37,131 bases of DNA, from NCBI GenBank assembly GCA_965649215.1, contig CBFGJZ010000002.1, positions 103,225 through 140,355 on the forward strand, read 5' to 3'. The stretch comes from a candidate division WOR-3 bacterium (GTDB taxonomy: Bacteria > Hydrothermota > Tepidihabitantia > Tepidihabitantales > CAIPLT01). The notes beneath the pieces were generated by a model, which searched no databases, was not told the origin of the DNA, and saw only the letters and a list, made by a program, of their open reading frames with translations. Position numbers and translations under genes: made by a program. Below, piece by piece: positions 8,672 to 19,604 of the stretch. The first letter of the stretch is position 1; each line of letters opens with the position of its first letter.

Positions 8672-9418
8672 ATGAAAGGCGTCGTTTTAGCAGGTGGTTT
8701 AGGTACTCGTTTACAACCGTTAACTAATATCACAAATAAACATTTATTGCCTGTTTATGACCAGCCAATGATTTATTTTCCGATTCAAAAACTAATTCAA
8801 GCGGGCATTAAAGATGTGATTGTCGTTACCGGAGGTAATGCAGCGGGTGACTTTTTGCGTTTACTAAAGAACGGCAAAGAATTTGGTCTGCGTCGGCTTC
8901 ATTATACTTATCAAGAAGGAGAAGGCGGTATTGCCGAAGCGCTTGGATTGGCAGAAGAGTTTGCCGAAGGTAAAAGAGTGGTTGTCATCTTAGGAGATAA
9001 TATTTTTGAAGATGATTTAACACCGTATATTAAAGCGTATGCACAACAACAACGAGGTGCAAAAATTTTATTAAAGGAAGTTCCAAATCCTGAACGATTT
9101 GGCGTGGTTGAAATAACGAATCATAAGATTATTAACATTGAAGAGAAACCAAAAGAACCTAAATCTCGCTATGTGGTAACTGGTATTTATATGTATGACC
9201 AAGAGGTTTTTTCAGTAATTAAGACCTTAAAGCCATCCGCACGAGGCGAACTGGAAATCACCGATGTCAATAATTATTATCTTAAAAACGAGCTTTTAAC
9301 ATATGATATTTTACCGGGTTGGTGGGCTGATGCGGGTTCCTCATTCGAGTCATACTTTCGGGCAATTAATTTAGTCAGAGAATTGAGATTAAAAAGTCAG
9401 CATTCTAAGAAAGAGTAA
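8672..9418 (+). CDS. Glucose-1-phosphate thymidylyltransferase-like sugar nucleotidyltransferase (short RmlA/SpsI type)
   Basis: MKGVVLAGGLGTRLQPLT, NKHLLPVYDQPMI, ILGDNIF, EEKP, PSARGELEITD. Start moved to ATG 8672 because the track's TTG at 8636 is the -35 box (TTGACG-17-TAGACT). Confidence 0.88.
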   Translation: MKGVVLAGGLGTRLQPLTNITNKHLLPVYDQPMIYFPIQKLIQAGIKDVIVVTGGNAAGDFLRLLKNGKEFGLRRLHYTYQEGEGGIAEALGLAEEFAEGKRVVVILGDNIFEDDLTPYIKAYAQQQRGAKILLKEVPNPERFGVVEITNHKIINIEEKPKEPKSRYVVTGIYMYDQEVFSVIKTLKPSARGELEITDVNNYYLKNELLTYDILPGWWADAGSSFESYFRAINLVRELRLKSQHSKKE

Positions 9419-9447
9419 ATATTCGATCAAGAAACTAACAACTTTCA

Positions 9448-11952
9448 ATGACCAAGCCAAAAGATAAAAAAGTTATTTTAATTGATGGGCATTCGTTAGC
9501 TTATCGGTCCTATTTTGCTTTTATTCGTAATCCATTGCGAAATTCAAAAGGACAGAACACCTCAGCTATTTTCGGCTTTGTCACTTCTTTGAAAAAAATA
9601 TTTAATAAGTTTACACCTAAATATATGGCCGTAGTATTTGATACCGGTGAAGAAACATTTCGGCACAAGCTATATCAAGATTACAAACGAGAACGACCCG
9701 AAACACCAAGTGATCTAGTTAATCAGTTGCCTTTAATTAAAGAAATAGTGGATGCCTACGGAGTGAAAATTTTAGAAAAAGAAGGATTTGAAGCGGATGA
9801 TGTTTTGGCAACAATCGCCTCTCGATTAGCAAAACAAGGGATGCAGGTGTATATCGTAACTTCTGATAAAGATTTGTATCAATTAGTTAATGATCATATT
9901 TTTATCTATGATGTCTATAAAGATATTATCTATGACCGAGAAAAAACCAAAGAAAAGTTTGCAATTTCAGATCCTTCATTAATTCGAGATATTTTAGCCC
10001 TGGCTGGAGATACGATTGACAATATTCCGGGTGTGCCTGGTATTGGTATGAAGAGAGCGACGGACATAATGTATAAATATCATTCTTTAGAAGAAGCAAT
10101 TAAAAAAGATGAGCGATTAAAAGGATATCAAGAACTGATTGAAATCTCAAAACAATTAGCCACGGTCAAAACAAATGTAAGAGTTAAAGCAAATTTAGCC
10201 CAACTTAAGATAAAAAATAAAGATATTCCCAGATTAATTCGCATCTTTAAAGAGCTTGAGTTCAGTTCTTTACTTCGTGAATTGGCTAATAATGTTGGTG
10301 CAAAAGTTTTTCAGATACCAAAACAACTGGAGATAAAGGTGGAGGACAGAAATTTACAAACGCAATATGGATTTCATCTTACTGACAAGGAACTCTATAT
10401 TTTTGATGGTAAAGAAAACTTAGTTTTAGATGATAAATTAGAAATTAAGAAATGGTTAACTTCAAAGACAATGAAAGTTGGTTATGATCTAAAAGCACTA
10501 ATGCATCGATTGAGCAGTTCTCAAATAGAGATAACACCACCTTATTTTGATACTAAAATTGCTGCTTGGTTATTAGATTCGACTCGCAAACGATATGAGT
10601 TAAATGATTTAATTCTTCAACATTTTCAGATAATGGCGAATAAATTATCAGACTCAGATATTGCTTACTATAACTTTATATTGAGTCAGAAATTAGAGCC
10701 GGAAATTTTTGCTCACCAATTGAATACATTATTTTATGAAATTGAATTACCACTAATTAAGGTCTTGTATGACATGGAAAAACGGGGAGTTAAAATTGAT
10801 ACAAAATTGTTTAATGAGATGGCAGAAAAAATCAACGAGGAACAAGAAACACTAAAGAAAAAGATATACCAACAAGCAGGTGTTGAGTTTAATATTAATT
10901 CCGCACAACAATTATCAAAAGTATTATTTGAAAAACTGGGTTTACCAAAGAGTAAGAAAATCAAAACTGGCTATTCAACAGATTCAAGTGTTCTCCAGGA
11001 ACTTGCGAGTAAAACGCCGATCGTTCAAGATATTTTACGGTATCGAGAAATTACTAAACTAAAAACCACTTATTTGCAACCAATGCAAGAATTAATAAAA
11101 TCAGAAACAGGACGCATTCATTGCGAGTTTAATCAAACTGCGACATCGACTGGTCGTCTTTCAGCTTCAAATCCGAATTTACAAAATATACCGATTAAAG
11201 GAGAGTTGGGCAGATTGATGAGAATGGGGTTTGTTGCTGAACATGGTAATTTGCTAATATCTGCTGATTATTCACAGATTGAGTTACGCATTTTAGCTTA
11301 TATTTCGAATGACGAAAAATTGAAGGAAGCATTCTTAAAAGGTGAAGATATTCATATTCGCACTGCTTCAGTTATTTTTAACAAGAAGCCCGAAAAAATT
11401 ACTGATGAAGAAAGACGCACGGCAAAGATGGTTAATTACGGTTTGATTTATGGACTTTCAAATTATGGTTTAGGAGCAAGTTTGGGTATTGATCAATTTG
11501 AAGCTCAACGTATTATTGATGATTTTTTAAGTATCCACCATCAAGTTGCCGAATGGCGAGAAAAAACGGTTGAAGAGACAAAGCAAACTGGTTATGCCAA
11601 AACGATTATGGGGCGAATAAGACCATTTCCAGGTATTTTTGCCCAGAATCGTATTATCTATGAAGCTGCTGTTAGAGCGGCAATAAATCATCCGATTCAG
11701 GGGTCCGCCGCTGATATTATTAAAAAGGCAATGATTGAAATTGATCAAGAACTAAAAGCCAAGAATTTTAAAGGTGGTTTGATTATTCAAATTCATGACG
11801 AGCTATTGTTTGAAATCGAAGAAGTAAGGGTTAGAGAAGCAAGAGCAATAATTAAAGATATAATGACAAAAAATATTTTAGGAGATGTGCCTTTAGAAGT
11901 AAACATTGGTGTTGGTAAAAACTGGGCAATTGCCCATAGCGAAGCAAAATGA
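9448..11952 (+). CDS. polA: DNA polymerase I
   Basis: 5'-3' exonuclease motifs (LIDGHSLAYRSYFA, EADDVLAT, GDTIDNIPGVPGIG); polymerase motifs TGRLSASNPNLQNIP, ADYSQIELR, RRTAKMVNYGLIYG, QGSAADIIK, QIHDELLFE. Confidence 0.97.
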   Translation: MTKPKDKKVILIDGHSLAYRSYFAFIRNPLRNSKGQNTSAIFGFVTSLKKIFNKFTPKYMAVVFDTGEETFRHKLYQDYKRERPETPSDLVNQLPLIKEIVDAYGVKILEKEGFEADDVLATIASRLAKQGMQVYIVTSDKDLYQLVNDHIFIYDVYKDIIYDREKTKEKFAISDPSLIRDILALAGDTIDNIPGVPGIGMKRATDIMYKYHSLEEAIKKDERLKGYQELIEISKQLATVKTNVRVKANLAQLKIKNKDIPRLIRIFKELEFSSLLRELANNVGAKVFQIPKQLEIKVEDRNLQTQYGFHLTDKELYIFDGKENLVLDDKLEIKKWLTSKTMKVGYDLKALMHRLSSSQIEITPPYFDTKIAAWLLDSTRKRYELNDLILQHFQIMANKLSDSDIAYYNFILSQKLEPEIFAHQLNTLFYEIELPLIKVLYDMEKRGVKIDTKLFNEMAEKINEEQETLKKKIYQQAGVEFNINSAQQLSKVLFEKLGLPKSKKIKTGYSTDSSVLQELASKTPIVQDILRYREITKLKTTYLQPMQELIKSETGRIHCEFNQTATSTGRLSASNPNLQNIPIKGELGRLMRMGFVAEHGNLLISADYSQIELRILAYISNDEKLKEAFLKGEDIHIRTASVIFNKKPEKITDEERRTAKMVNYGLIYGLSNYGLGASLGIDQFEAQRIIDDFLSIHHQVAEWREKTVEETKQTGYAKTIMGRIRPFPGIFAQNRIIYEAAVRAAINHPIQGSAADIIKKAMIEIDQELKAKNFKGGLIIQIHDELLFEIEEVRVREARAIIKDIMTKNILGDVPLEVNIGVGKNWAIAHSEAK

Positions 11953-11974
11953 TGAAAATAGCTTCATAGTCTAT

Positions 11975-13114
11975 ATGAAAAAGTTAGGGGTAAAGAAAAT
12001 TTTATTTGCGTTTGGCACAAGACCAGAGGCAATTAAATTAGCACCACTCATAATAGAATTGCAGAAGCATCAAAAGATTTTTAAAGTAGAAATTTGTATC
12101 ACCGCCCAGCACCGTCAAATGTTAGATCAGGTTTTACATATTTTTAAGATCAAATCCGATTATGATCTGGATATCATGAAACACGACCAGACCTTATTTG
12201 ATATTAACATCAGAATTCTAACAAAACTACAAAGATTGCTTCAAACAACAAAACCGAATTTAATGATTGTGCAAGGTGATACAACAACAGCTTTTGTTTC
12301 GGCCTTAGCTGCATTTTATTTAAAGATTCCAATTGGACATGTTGAAGCTGGACTTCGTTCCAATGATAAATTTGCGCCATTTCCCGAAGAAATAAATCGA
12401 AGATTCATTACCCACTTAGCCGATTTTCATTTTGCACCGACGGTGCGTGCAAAAGAGAATTTACTTAAAGAAGGTGTGAATGACCAATACATTGTAGTAA
12501 CTGGTAATACAGTTATTGATGCATTAATTTTAGCATTAAAGATGAATCCTAAAGTAAATTTACCCATTTTAGATAAAATTAATCCGCATCATAGAATAAT
12601 TTTAGTAACTGCACATCGTCGCGAAAATTGGGGACAACCTCTTAAAAATATCTGTTCAGCATTGAAAAGGATAATTGCGCGAAATCAAAATGTTGAAATA
12701 ATCTATCCCCTGCATCCTAATCCCAATATCAATATTCCCGTGCGCAAGTATTTAGGGAATATCCAAAAAATTCATCTGACAATGCCATTTGATTATCTGC
12801 TATTTGCTCATTTAATGCGAAGAGCATATTTAATTTTGACTGATTCTGGGGGCATTCAAGAAGAAGCTCCAACATTAGGAAAACCAGTGTTGGTATTGAG
12901 AGATAAGACAGAAAGACCAGAGGCGATTGCAGCTGGAACTGCTCAACTGGTTGGTACAAATCCTATTAAAATAATTGAAGCAACGGAGAGACTTCTATAC
13001 TCAAAAAGAGCTTACGATAAGATGACAGGAGTGCAAAATCCATTTGGTGACGGTAAAGCAAGTAGAAAAATCCATTCGTTTTTATTGAAGATGTTGACAT
13101 ATAATAAGATTTAG
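11975..13114 (+). CDS. wecB: UDP-N-acetylglucosamine 2-epimerase (non-hydrolysing)
   Basis: FGTRPEAIKLAP, TAQHRQMLDQ, VQGDTTT, HVEAGLRS, PFPEEINR, TAHRREN, TDSGGIQEEAP. Start placed at ATG 11975, after the polA stop. Confidence 0.95.
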   Translation: MKKLGVKKILFAFGTRPEAIKLAPLIIELQKHQKIFKVEICITAQHRQMLDQVLHIFKIKSDYDLDIMKHDQTLFDINIRILTKLQRLLQTTKPNLMIVQGDTTTAFVSALAAFYLKIPIGHVEAGLRSNDKFAPFPEEINRRFITHLADFHFAPTVRAKENLLKEGVNDQYIVVTGNTVIDALILALKMNPKVNLPILDKINPHHRIILVTAHRRENWGQPLKNICSALKRIIARNQNVEIIYPLHPNPNINIPVRKYLGNIQKIHLTMPFDYLLFAHLMRRAYLILTDSGGIQEEAPTLGKPVLVLRDKTERPEAIAAGTAQLVGTNPIKIIEATERLLYSKRAYDKMTGVQNPFGDGKASRKIHSFLLKMLTYNKI

Positions 13115-13128
13115 TTAAACTAAAAATC

Positions 13129-14331
13129 ATGGAAATAATTCTCCGCTATCTAAAAATCATTATTAAGTATCGTAAAGTGATATTTTATAATGTTTTAATT
13201 TTAACTTTACTTGCCGCGATAATAAGTTTCATATTACCAAAACAATATAAAGCTACTGCGCAAATTTTACCCCCAACTGAGGAACCCGATTTATTAGGTT
13301 TTTCAAGTATCATCTCAAGTAGTCTTTCTTCATCTAACTTAAGTCGTCTGGCTCGTGCCGGCGGCTTATTCCGTAGTGCTTCGAGCTCAGATTTAGTTGC
13401 CGCAATAATACAAAGTCGTACAATTGGTGAGCAGGTGATTTATGAAAATGATTTCATGAAAGAATATAAAATTAAAAAAAGTTTGGAAAAAGCATTGAAA
13501 TTACTAAAGCAACTTACTAGTGTCAAAATTACAGAGGAAGGTATCATTCAGGTTGGGGTGAAGGCTAAAAATCCCATTTTAGCTGCAAATATTGTAAACA
13601 GTTACATTAGAAATACCGATAAATTTCTTAAAGAGTCAAATATGAGCCGTGGTCGCAACATGCGAATTTTTATTGAGAAGCGACTTGAGACAGCTGAACA
13701 AGAATTAAAAGAAGCTTCAGATTCACTGAGAAAATTTCAAGAACGCAATAAAATAGTTGCTTTAGATGAAGAAACCAAAGCAGTTATTGATGCTTATGCA
13801 ACATTAAAATCAGAGCTTCTAAAAAGAGAGATTGAATTAGCGGTATATCAAAATATTTCAACATCGGATAATCCATATCTTTTATCAATCCAGCGTGAAA
13901 TTGATGAGTTTAAAAAACAATTAGCGAAAATCGAAAAAGCGAGAGATCAAAAAACTGAAGGATTTGGAGTCGGGTTTGCTGTTTCTTTTAGAAATTTGCC
14001 AGCTATCGCTCAAGAATATGCACGTCGATTTGGTGATTATAAAGTAAAAGCAGAAATTTTTAATTTATTGCTACAACAATATGAACAGGCCAAGATTCTT
14101 GAAGCAAGAGATACCCCGACAATCACAGTATTGGATTATGCGAAGATTCCAGAAAAAAAAGTTTTTCCCAAGAGATTAATTATTATAATTTCTGTCTTTA
14201 TCCTTAGCATAATTTTTACATCTCTTGGTTGTTTTATCAATGAATATGTAAAAACAATTGAGAAAGAAAAACCAGACCTTTTTCAAGAATGGCGTTCTAC
14301 AATTTCAACTTTGAAATTCAAGAAAAAATAA
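13129..14331 (+). CDS. Polysaccharide chain-length determinant (Wzz/GumC-type, GNVR domain)
   Basis: N-terminal TM helix plus 'LPKQYKATAQILPP', coiled coil, and C-terminal 'VLDYAKIPEKKVFPKR' plus TM helix. Confidence 0.85.
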   Translation: MEIILRYLKIIIKYRKVIFYNVLILTLLAAIISFILPKQYKATAQILPPTEEPDLLGFSSIISSSLSSSNLSRLARAGGLFRSASSSDLVAAIIQSRTIGEQVIYENDFMKEYKIKKSLEKALKLLKQLTSVKITEEGIIQVGVKAKNPILAANIVNSYIRNTDKFLKESNMSRGRNMRIFIEKRLETAEQELKEASDSLRKFQERNKIVALDEETKAVIDAYATLKSELLKREIELAVYQNISTSDNPYLLSIQREIDEFKKQLAKIEKARDQKTEGFGVGFAVSFRNLPAIAQEYARRFGDYKVKAEIFNLLLQQYEQAKILEARDTPTITVLDYAKIPEKKVFPKRLIIIISVFILSIIFTSLGCFINEYVKTIEKEKPDLFQEWRSTISTLKFKKK

Positions 14332-14340
14332 GTTTATTCT

Positions 14341-15822
14341 GTGCGTCGAGAACCACTAACATTACCACCAGACACAGCCTCTAAAGCAGTAACAAGAATT
14401 GGCAGAAATACTATTTTTTTAGCCACTTCTGATATTGCTTTAAAATTTTTTATATTTCTTTTTTTTATAATTGTAGCTCGTAATTTAGGGCCCGAACAAT
14501 TTGGAATATTTTCTTTTGCAACTGGATTTGTAATGCTCTTTTTAATTTTAACCGATTTAGGTATTTCGCAGTTAATAGTACGCGAAGTCGCTCGCGATTA
14601 TAGTCTTATTAATTCTGAAGTAAAAAGTAGTTTTTCTCTAAAATTCATTTTATCTTTTTTAACGGTTGTTCTCATATTGATATTAGCAAAAATATTAAAA
14701 TACTCTGACTCGACCATTAAGATAGTTGCAATTATTGCAATATTTATGGTATTTAATTCACAATGGTTATTTCTTAATGCAGTATTTCAGGCGTTAGAAA
14801 AGATGTATTTAATCGGCTTATCGCGGTTATTATACGGTACTCTTTTACTCATTGGAGCTTTAGTGGTTGTTGTGTTTAAATTAAAGATAGTTGGATTTTC
14901 TTTTGCATATTTAATATCAATTGCCTTGGCATTTGTTTTAAATTATCTAATCTTTGAATATAAATATAGTGACCTTAAACCGACGATCGATGTAAAACGA
15001 TGGATTGCCATATTAAAAAAAGCAATACCCTTTGGACTAACTTCTATTTTTGCTACATTTTATTACTGGAATGGTATGTCATTACTATCGATTATGAAGG
15101 GAAATCAAATGGTTGGATGGTATAATGCTGCATTTAGATTAGTATTAGGTTTGACATTTATACCAATCGCATTTTCCGAAGCAGTTTATCCGTTAATTTC
15201 AAGATATTTTAGTAAATCTCAAAGCGAACTTATTAAAATTACTCTTTTTCGGATAATGAAATATATGTTTCTTATTGCTCTACCATTAGCCATTATCGGT
15301 ACAATTTATGGTAAACAAATAATAACCTTATTTTATGGATCCGATTATACCGCGGCTGGTTTAGCTTTAAGTATGTTAATTTGGTGGTTATTTTTTTTAT
15401 ATCTTAATAACATTCAAGTGACTACGGTATTTGCAGTTAATATACCCCATATCGTATCAATCCAAGCAGGTATTGCAGCAATCATAAATTTACTATTAAA
15501 TTTAATTTTAATTTCTAAATTTGACCTCATTGGTATTGGGATTGCTTTAATTGTTGCAGAATCATTTAGCTTTTTCTTCCTTGTGATACATTTAAGAAAA
15601 CATAGATATTTTTTCTCGCTACAAGATTACCTTCAAACTTTTGTAAAAAGTATTTGTGCTGCTCTAATTTTAGTAGGGATAATCATTTTATTGCCGATAA
15701 GATTTGTAATCTATAAAGTAATCATTGCAATAATTTTTTATTTTATTAGTCTGCTAATTTTGAAGGTATTGGATAAAAGTGATTATCGAATAATTAAACA
15801 AGTTTTCTCCTTACAAAAATGA
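14341..15822 (+). CDS. wzx: Wzx-type oligosaccharide flippase
   Basis: Many hydrophobic helices; 'ARNLGPEQFGIFS', 'DLGISQLIVREVAR', 'VGWYNAAFRL', 'AVYPLISR'. Confidence 0.88.
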   Translation: MRREPLTLPPDTASKAVTRIGRNTIFLATSDIALKFFIFLFFIIVARNLGPEQFGIFSFATGFVMLFLILTDLGISQLIVREVARDYSLINSEVKSSFSLKFILSFLTVVLILILAKILKYSDSTIKIVAIIAIFMVFNSQWLFLNAVFQALEKMYLIGLSRLLYGTLLLIGALVVVVFKLKIVGFSFAYLISIALAFVLNYLIFEYKYSDLKPTIDVKRWIAILKKAIPFGLTSIFATFYYWNGMSLLSIMKGNQMVGWYNAAFRLVLGLTFIPIAFSEAVYPLISRYFSKSQSELIKITLFRIMKYMFLIALPLAIIGTIYGKQIITLFYGSDYTAAGLALSMLIWWLFFLYLNNIQVTTVFAVNIPHIVSIQAGIAAIINLLLNLILISKFDLIGIGIALIVAESFSFFFLVIHLRKHRYFFSLQDYLQTFVKSICAALILVGIIILLPIRFVIYKVIIAIIFYFISLLILKVLDKSDYRIIKQVFSLQK

Positions 15823-17186
15823 AATTTTTAGGAATTTATTCAGACAAAAAAAAGTGGAGCATTGGTTTTTTTATATTTCCTTTACTAGCAGTTTTAGTGT
15901 ATTTTATATCACTCTTTATAATTCATAGTGAAACACAATCAATTTTATTACTATTACTAATTTTTGGTTTCTTAATTTTTTTCTTTTTACTTTTTTCTCA
16001 GTATATTTCATTAATTGTTTTTAGTTTTATTTTACCAATTTGCGCAACCGGTTTTTTACCACCACTATATCGAGAAATTGTTTATATTTTTGTTATTATT
16101 AGCGCAATTGCTTATATTTTTATTAAACGGATCGAAGGTGAAAAATTAATTGCTTCTTCACATAACTTTTTGAATCGATATTTAAAATTACTTTTCATAT
16201 CAATTGTAATTTCTTTTGCATATGCCTTATTACGAGGATGGTTTTATATTTCGATGTTACGAGGTATAGTATGGTTTTTAGAATTTATCTTATTTATTAT
16301 AATAATACCATCGATTATCGATACAAGTAAAAAAATCCAAATTTTAATTAATTGGTTATTAATTGGCTTTTTAGTTTCGGGTGTCCCTTTTATTTTCATC
16401 TCAATTAATTATTTTGGTAAAGCAGTAATATCAATTGCTGGACATGTTTTAAATTTAAATGCGATTGGTATGCTGTTAGCGCCAACTTTAGTATTTTGTT
16501 TTGGATTAATGCTTGACGAAAGTAAAAAGCAAAAATCATTATTTTTTATCATTACACTTATTATTCTTTTAGTAAATCTTTTATTAACGAAATCAAGAGG
16601 AGCGTGGTTAGGTGCAATTGTGGGATTAACATATATAATTATAAAAACAAAATCTTATAAATGGTTTTTCTATATATTAACAATTATCGTTGTTTTTGTT
16701 TTATTTCAAAATTTTCAATCTATCCTTTTAGGAAGAGTCAAACAAACTTCTTTAGTAGATCCCGCGTTGATCAGTCGTTTTTATATCTGGAATTCCGCTT
16801 TTTCGATGTTAAAAAGTTATTTTTTAACAGGGGTTGGTATTCATAATTTCCCAAATTTAAAATATTTATATGGTTTTCCGAGGTGGTTAGATCCAATAGC
16901 AGCGTACTATACCCACAATTTATTTATGGAATTTCTGGTTGGTACGGGGATTTTGGGTTTCGTGGCATTTACCTCATTATTTATAAAAACGATGAAAACA
17001 ATGCATACCATTGTAAAAGCAACAAACTACAAAGGATTTATTTATGGTATTAATGGTGCCTTAATCGCATATTTAGTTCATGGTCTATTTGATTATTGTT
17101 TCTGGTTCAGTCCCGCGCTAATGTTACTAGCATGGTATTTAGGAATTGCAGTTGCGGTGCTTAATGATCAACGCGGTTTACAATGA
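15819..17186 (+). CDS. O-antigen ligase/polymerase (Wzy_C) family membrane protein
   Basis: Multi-TM protein with 'LLLTKSRGAWLG', 'SRFYIW', 'GVGIHNF', 'THNLFMEFLVGTGILG', 'VHGLFD'. Confidence 0.88.
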   Translation: MKFLGIYSDKKKWSIGFFIFPLLAVLVYFISLFIIHSETQSILLLLLIFGFLIFFFLLFSQYISLIVFSFILPICATGFLPPLYREIVYIFVIISAIAYIFIKRIEGEKLIASSHNFLNRYLKLLFISIVISFAYALLRGWFYISMLRGIVWFLEFILFIIIIPSIIDTSKKIQILINWLLIGFLVSGVPFIFISINYFGKAVISIAGHVLNLNAIGMLLAPTLVFCFGLMLDESKKQKSLFFIITLIILLVNLLLTKSRGAWLGAIVGLTYIIIKTKSYKWFFYILTIIVVFVLFQNFQSILLGRVKQTSLVDPALISRFYIWNSAFSMLKSYFLTGVGIHNFPNLKYLYGFPRWLDPIAAYYTHNLFMEFLVGTGILGFVAFTSLFIKTMKTMHTIVKATNYKGFIYGINGALIAYLVHGLFDYCFWFSPALMLLAWYLGIAVAVLNDQRGLQ

Positions 17187-18272
17187 ATTGATTATTTCTA
17201 ATATTTGTGTTACTGTTGCTTGCCAGTTAAAAAGTTTTACACGCTCTAATCCTTTTATTTTAATTGTGTCACGTAATTTTGTATCAGACAATAAAAGATT
17301 CATCTTATTCGTAATATCTTGGATTGATAACGGATTACAATATATAACCGCATCGCCGCCCAATTCTGGTAAACTTGTAAAATTACTCGATATGACCGGA
17401 GCGCCATGTGCCATGGCTTCTAAAATTGGTAATCCAAATCCTTCATACAAGGAAGGAAAAATAAAAATTTCACAATTTGAATATAAGCAACTTAATTCCG
17501 CATCAGAGATATTATGTAATAATAGACAATTTTCTTGAAGGTTTAATAAATTAATAATTTTTTTAATTTCAGCAATCGCAGCGGGACGTCCCCATCCAAC
17601 TAAAACTAAAATATAATTTTGATGATTTTTGAGACCAGCAAATGCATAAAGCAATCTTTGGACATTTTTTCTTTTAATAAAACCACCGACGTAGAGTATA
17701 AACGGTTTTGAAATTCCATATTTATCACTTACGAGATCTAGTTGAACGTTAAGCCGGGGTTTTTCTACACCGCCATAAATGGTTTTTATTTTATCAGATG
17801 GAACTATCTTAAATTGCATTAATTGTTGACGGGTGAAGTCAGAATCAGTTATGATGAAGCTTGCTTTACGGAGTGTTTGAAGAGTGCACCAAAAATAAAA
17901 TTTTGCCTGGGGTGAATAATATTGCCTTAATTTTAATGGTATTAAATCATGAACAATAGCTAGGGTAGGAATAGTTGATAATATAGGAACTTCAGGAATC
18001 GGACAAATTAACAAATTATCTTTCTTGTTTTGTAATAATTGTGGGAAAATCAATTGTTCCCAAAAAGATCTTCTAAGATATCCTTGTAACCACCAATCTT
18101 TAATGGGATGAATCAAACAATCTAATTTGTTAAATAAATCAATATCAGATGTGAATACTTCGGTTTGGCATAATGGACTTATATGTTTTGTTATTTGAAA
18201 AGTATATGTTTTGATGCCAACTCTGCGATTATGAGCTACGGGATCAAATAGGTTAATTTTTGATATTTTCAT
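17178..18272 (-). CDS. Glycosyltransferase family 4 (GT-B)
   Basis: 'IVHDLIPL', 'ILYVGG..KRKN', 'FIFPSLYEGFGLPILEAMAHGAPVISSN..SLPE'. Own minus-strand promoter TTGACG-16-TATAAT (18311-18284). Confidence 0.92.
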   Translation of the reverse strand: MKISKINLFDPVAHNRRVGIKTYTFQITKHISPLCQTEVFTSDIDLFNKLDCLIHPIKDWWLQGYLRRSFWEQLIFPQLLQNKKDNLLICPIPEVPILSTIPTLAIVHDLIPLKLRQYYSPQAKFYFWCTLQTLRKASFIITDSDFTRQQLMQFKIVPSDKIKTIYGGVEKPRLNVQLDLVSDKYGISKPFILYVGGFIKRKNVQRLLYAFAGLKNHQNYILVLVGWGRPAAIAEIKKIINLLNLQENCLLLHNISDAELSCLYSNCEIFIFPSLYEGFGLPILEAMAHGAPVISSNFTSLPELGGDAVIYCNPLSIQDITNKMNLLLSDTKLRDTIKIKGLERVKLFNWQATVTQILEIINSL

Positions 18273-18377
18273 TTTTATTAGTGATTATAAAAAATTTGAT
18301 GCAATCGTCAAGTTATGACATGGATATAAATAAATATGGTTTAATATTGACTGAACGATCAAACTAGCTATAATGTT

Positions 18378-19565
18378 TTGTTTGTGAAGCAAAAAATATT
18401 AATTCTGGCTCCTTATGTTCCAATTTATTCAAGTGGTGGTGGTGGTGCAGTAATATATAATTATATAAAAACACTATCACAATCTTATACCGTTGATGTT
18501 ATATGTTTTTCAACAAGAAGGCCGAACGATTTAACCCAACTTCAAATGGTTTGCAATAAACTGGAAGTCGTGCCATTGAATAAGATAAATGCAATTTTTA
18601 ACTGTGTGTATAATCTTTTTTCTCATAATCCTTTCCGTCTTGCGTATGTTAGTTCGGTAAAGATGCGAGAGCAAGTTCGCTATGCAATGGAAAGAGAAAG
18701 TTATGACCTTATATTTGCAAATCACGAACGGATGGCACCATATGCAATGTTATTTAAAGACACAAGAAGGATAATTGATTTACACGATTTAGTGTCGTTA
18801 CGTCACAAACAATTATTAAGTATTGAAAGAAATCCCATAAAATGGTTAATAAATTTTGTAGAATCATATAGAATGAGACAATTTGAAAAGATGATTCCCA
18901 ATTATTTTGATATTGTTTTATTAGGAAACAGTTGGGAAGTATGTTTACTCAGAGAGAAAAGACGCACAGAGAATATAATGATAGCCCCGCGTGGTATTGA
19001 AGTTGAATCTTTTAATAAACATATTGAAGCAATACCTAACACAATTATTTTTCTTGGAACTTTAAATTATCAACCTAATGAGGATGCATGTTTATATTTT
19101 AGTAAAAAGATTTTACCATTAATCTTGAAGTCAATACCAGCTGTAAAATTTTATATAGTCGGCAATAAACCAACCAAAGCAATTCTAAAGTTAGCAAAGA
19201 ATAAAAATATTATTGTGACAGGGTACGTACCTGACACTTTGGAATATTTAAAAAAGGCTGCGGTGATGGTTTGTCCATTACGCGTTGGCACGGGTATTCG
19301 GATAAAAATTTTAGAAGCAATGGCAGCAGGTCGACCGGTGGTATCAACCACAATAGGTTATTTGGGGATTGAAGCAACTAATATGCAAAATATTGTAATA
19401 GCTGATAAACCACAAGATTTTGCAGATTTAACAATTAGGTTACTAAGGGATATAGATTTTTATAAAAAGATTGCTGAGGGTGGTCGAGAATTAGTTTTGA
19501 AAAAATACGATATTAATAAAAATTTACAGAGTCTTAATAGAATAATTGAAACGATAAATGGTTAA
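18378..19565 (+). CDS. Glycosyltransferase family 4 (GT-B)
   Basis: 'IFLGTLNYQPNEDA', 'VCPLRVGTGIRIKILEAMAAGRPVVST'. Promoter TTGACT-16-TATAAT at 18347-18374; true start may be GTG 18384. Confidence 0.9.
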   Translation: MFVKQKILILAPYVPIYSSGGGGAVIYNYIKTLSQSYTVDVICFSTRRPNDLTQLQMVCNKLEVVPLNKINAIFNCVYNLFSHNPFRLAYVSSVKMREQVRYAMERESYDLIFANHERMAPYAMLFKDTRRIIDLHDLVSLRHKQLLSIERNPIKWLINFVESYRMRQFEKMIPNYFDIVLLGNSWEVCLLREKRRTENIMIAPRGIEVESFNKHIEAIPNTIIFLGTLNYQPNEDACLYFSKKILPLILKSIPAVKFYIVGNKPTKAILKLAKNKNIIVTGYVPDTLEYLKKAAVMVCPLRVGTGIRIKILEAMAAGRPVVSTTIGYLGIEATNMQNIVIADKPQDFADLTIRLLRDIDFYKKIAEGGRELVLKKYDINKNLQSLNRIIETING

Positions 19566-19604
19566 TGTTTTCTACGAGATAATAAAGAATTTAATTTGGG
19601 ATTG

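Noticed and set aside
10300-10740. Shortened, apparently degenerate 3'-5' exonuclease region of PolA
   Set aside because: Loss of proofreading motifs in Pol I is common in many bacteria.
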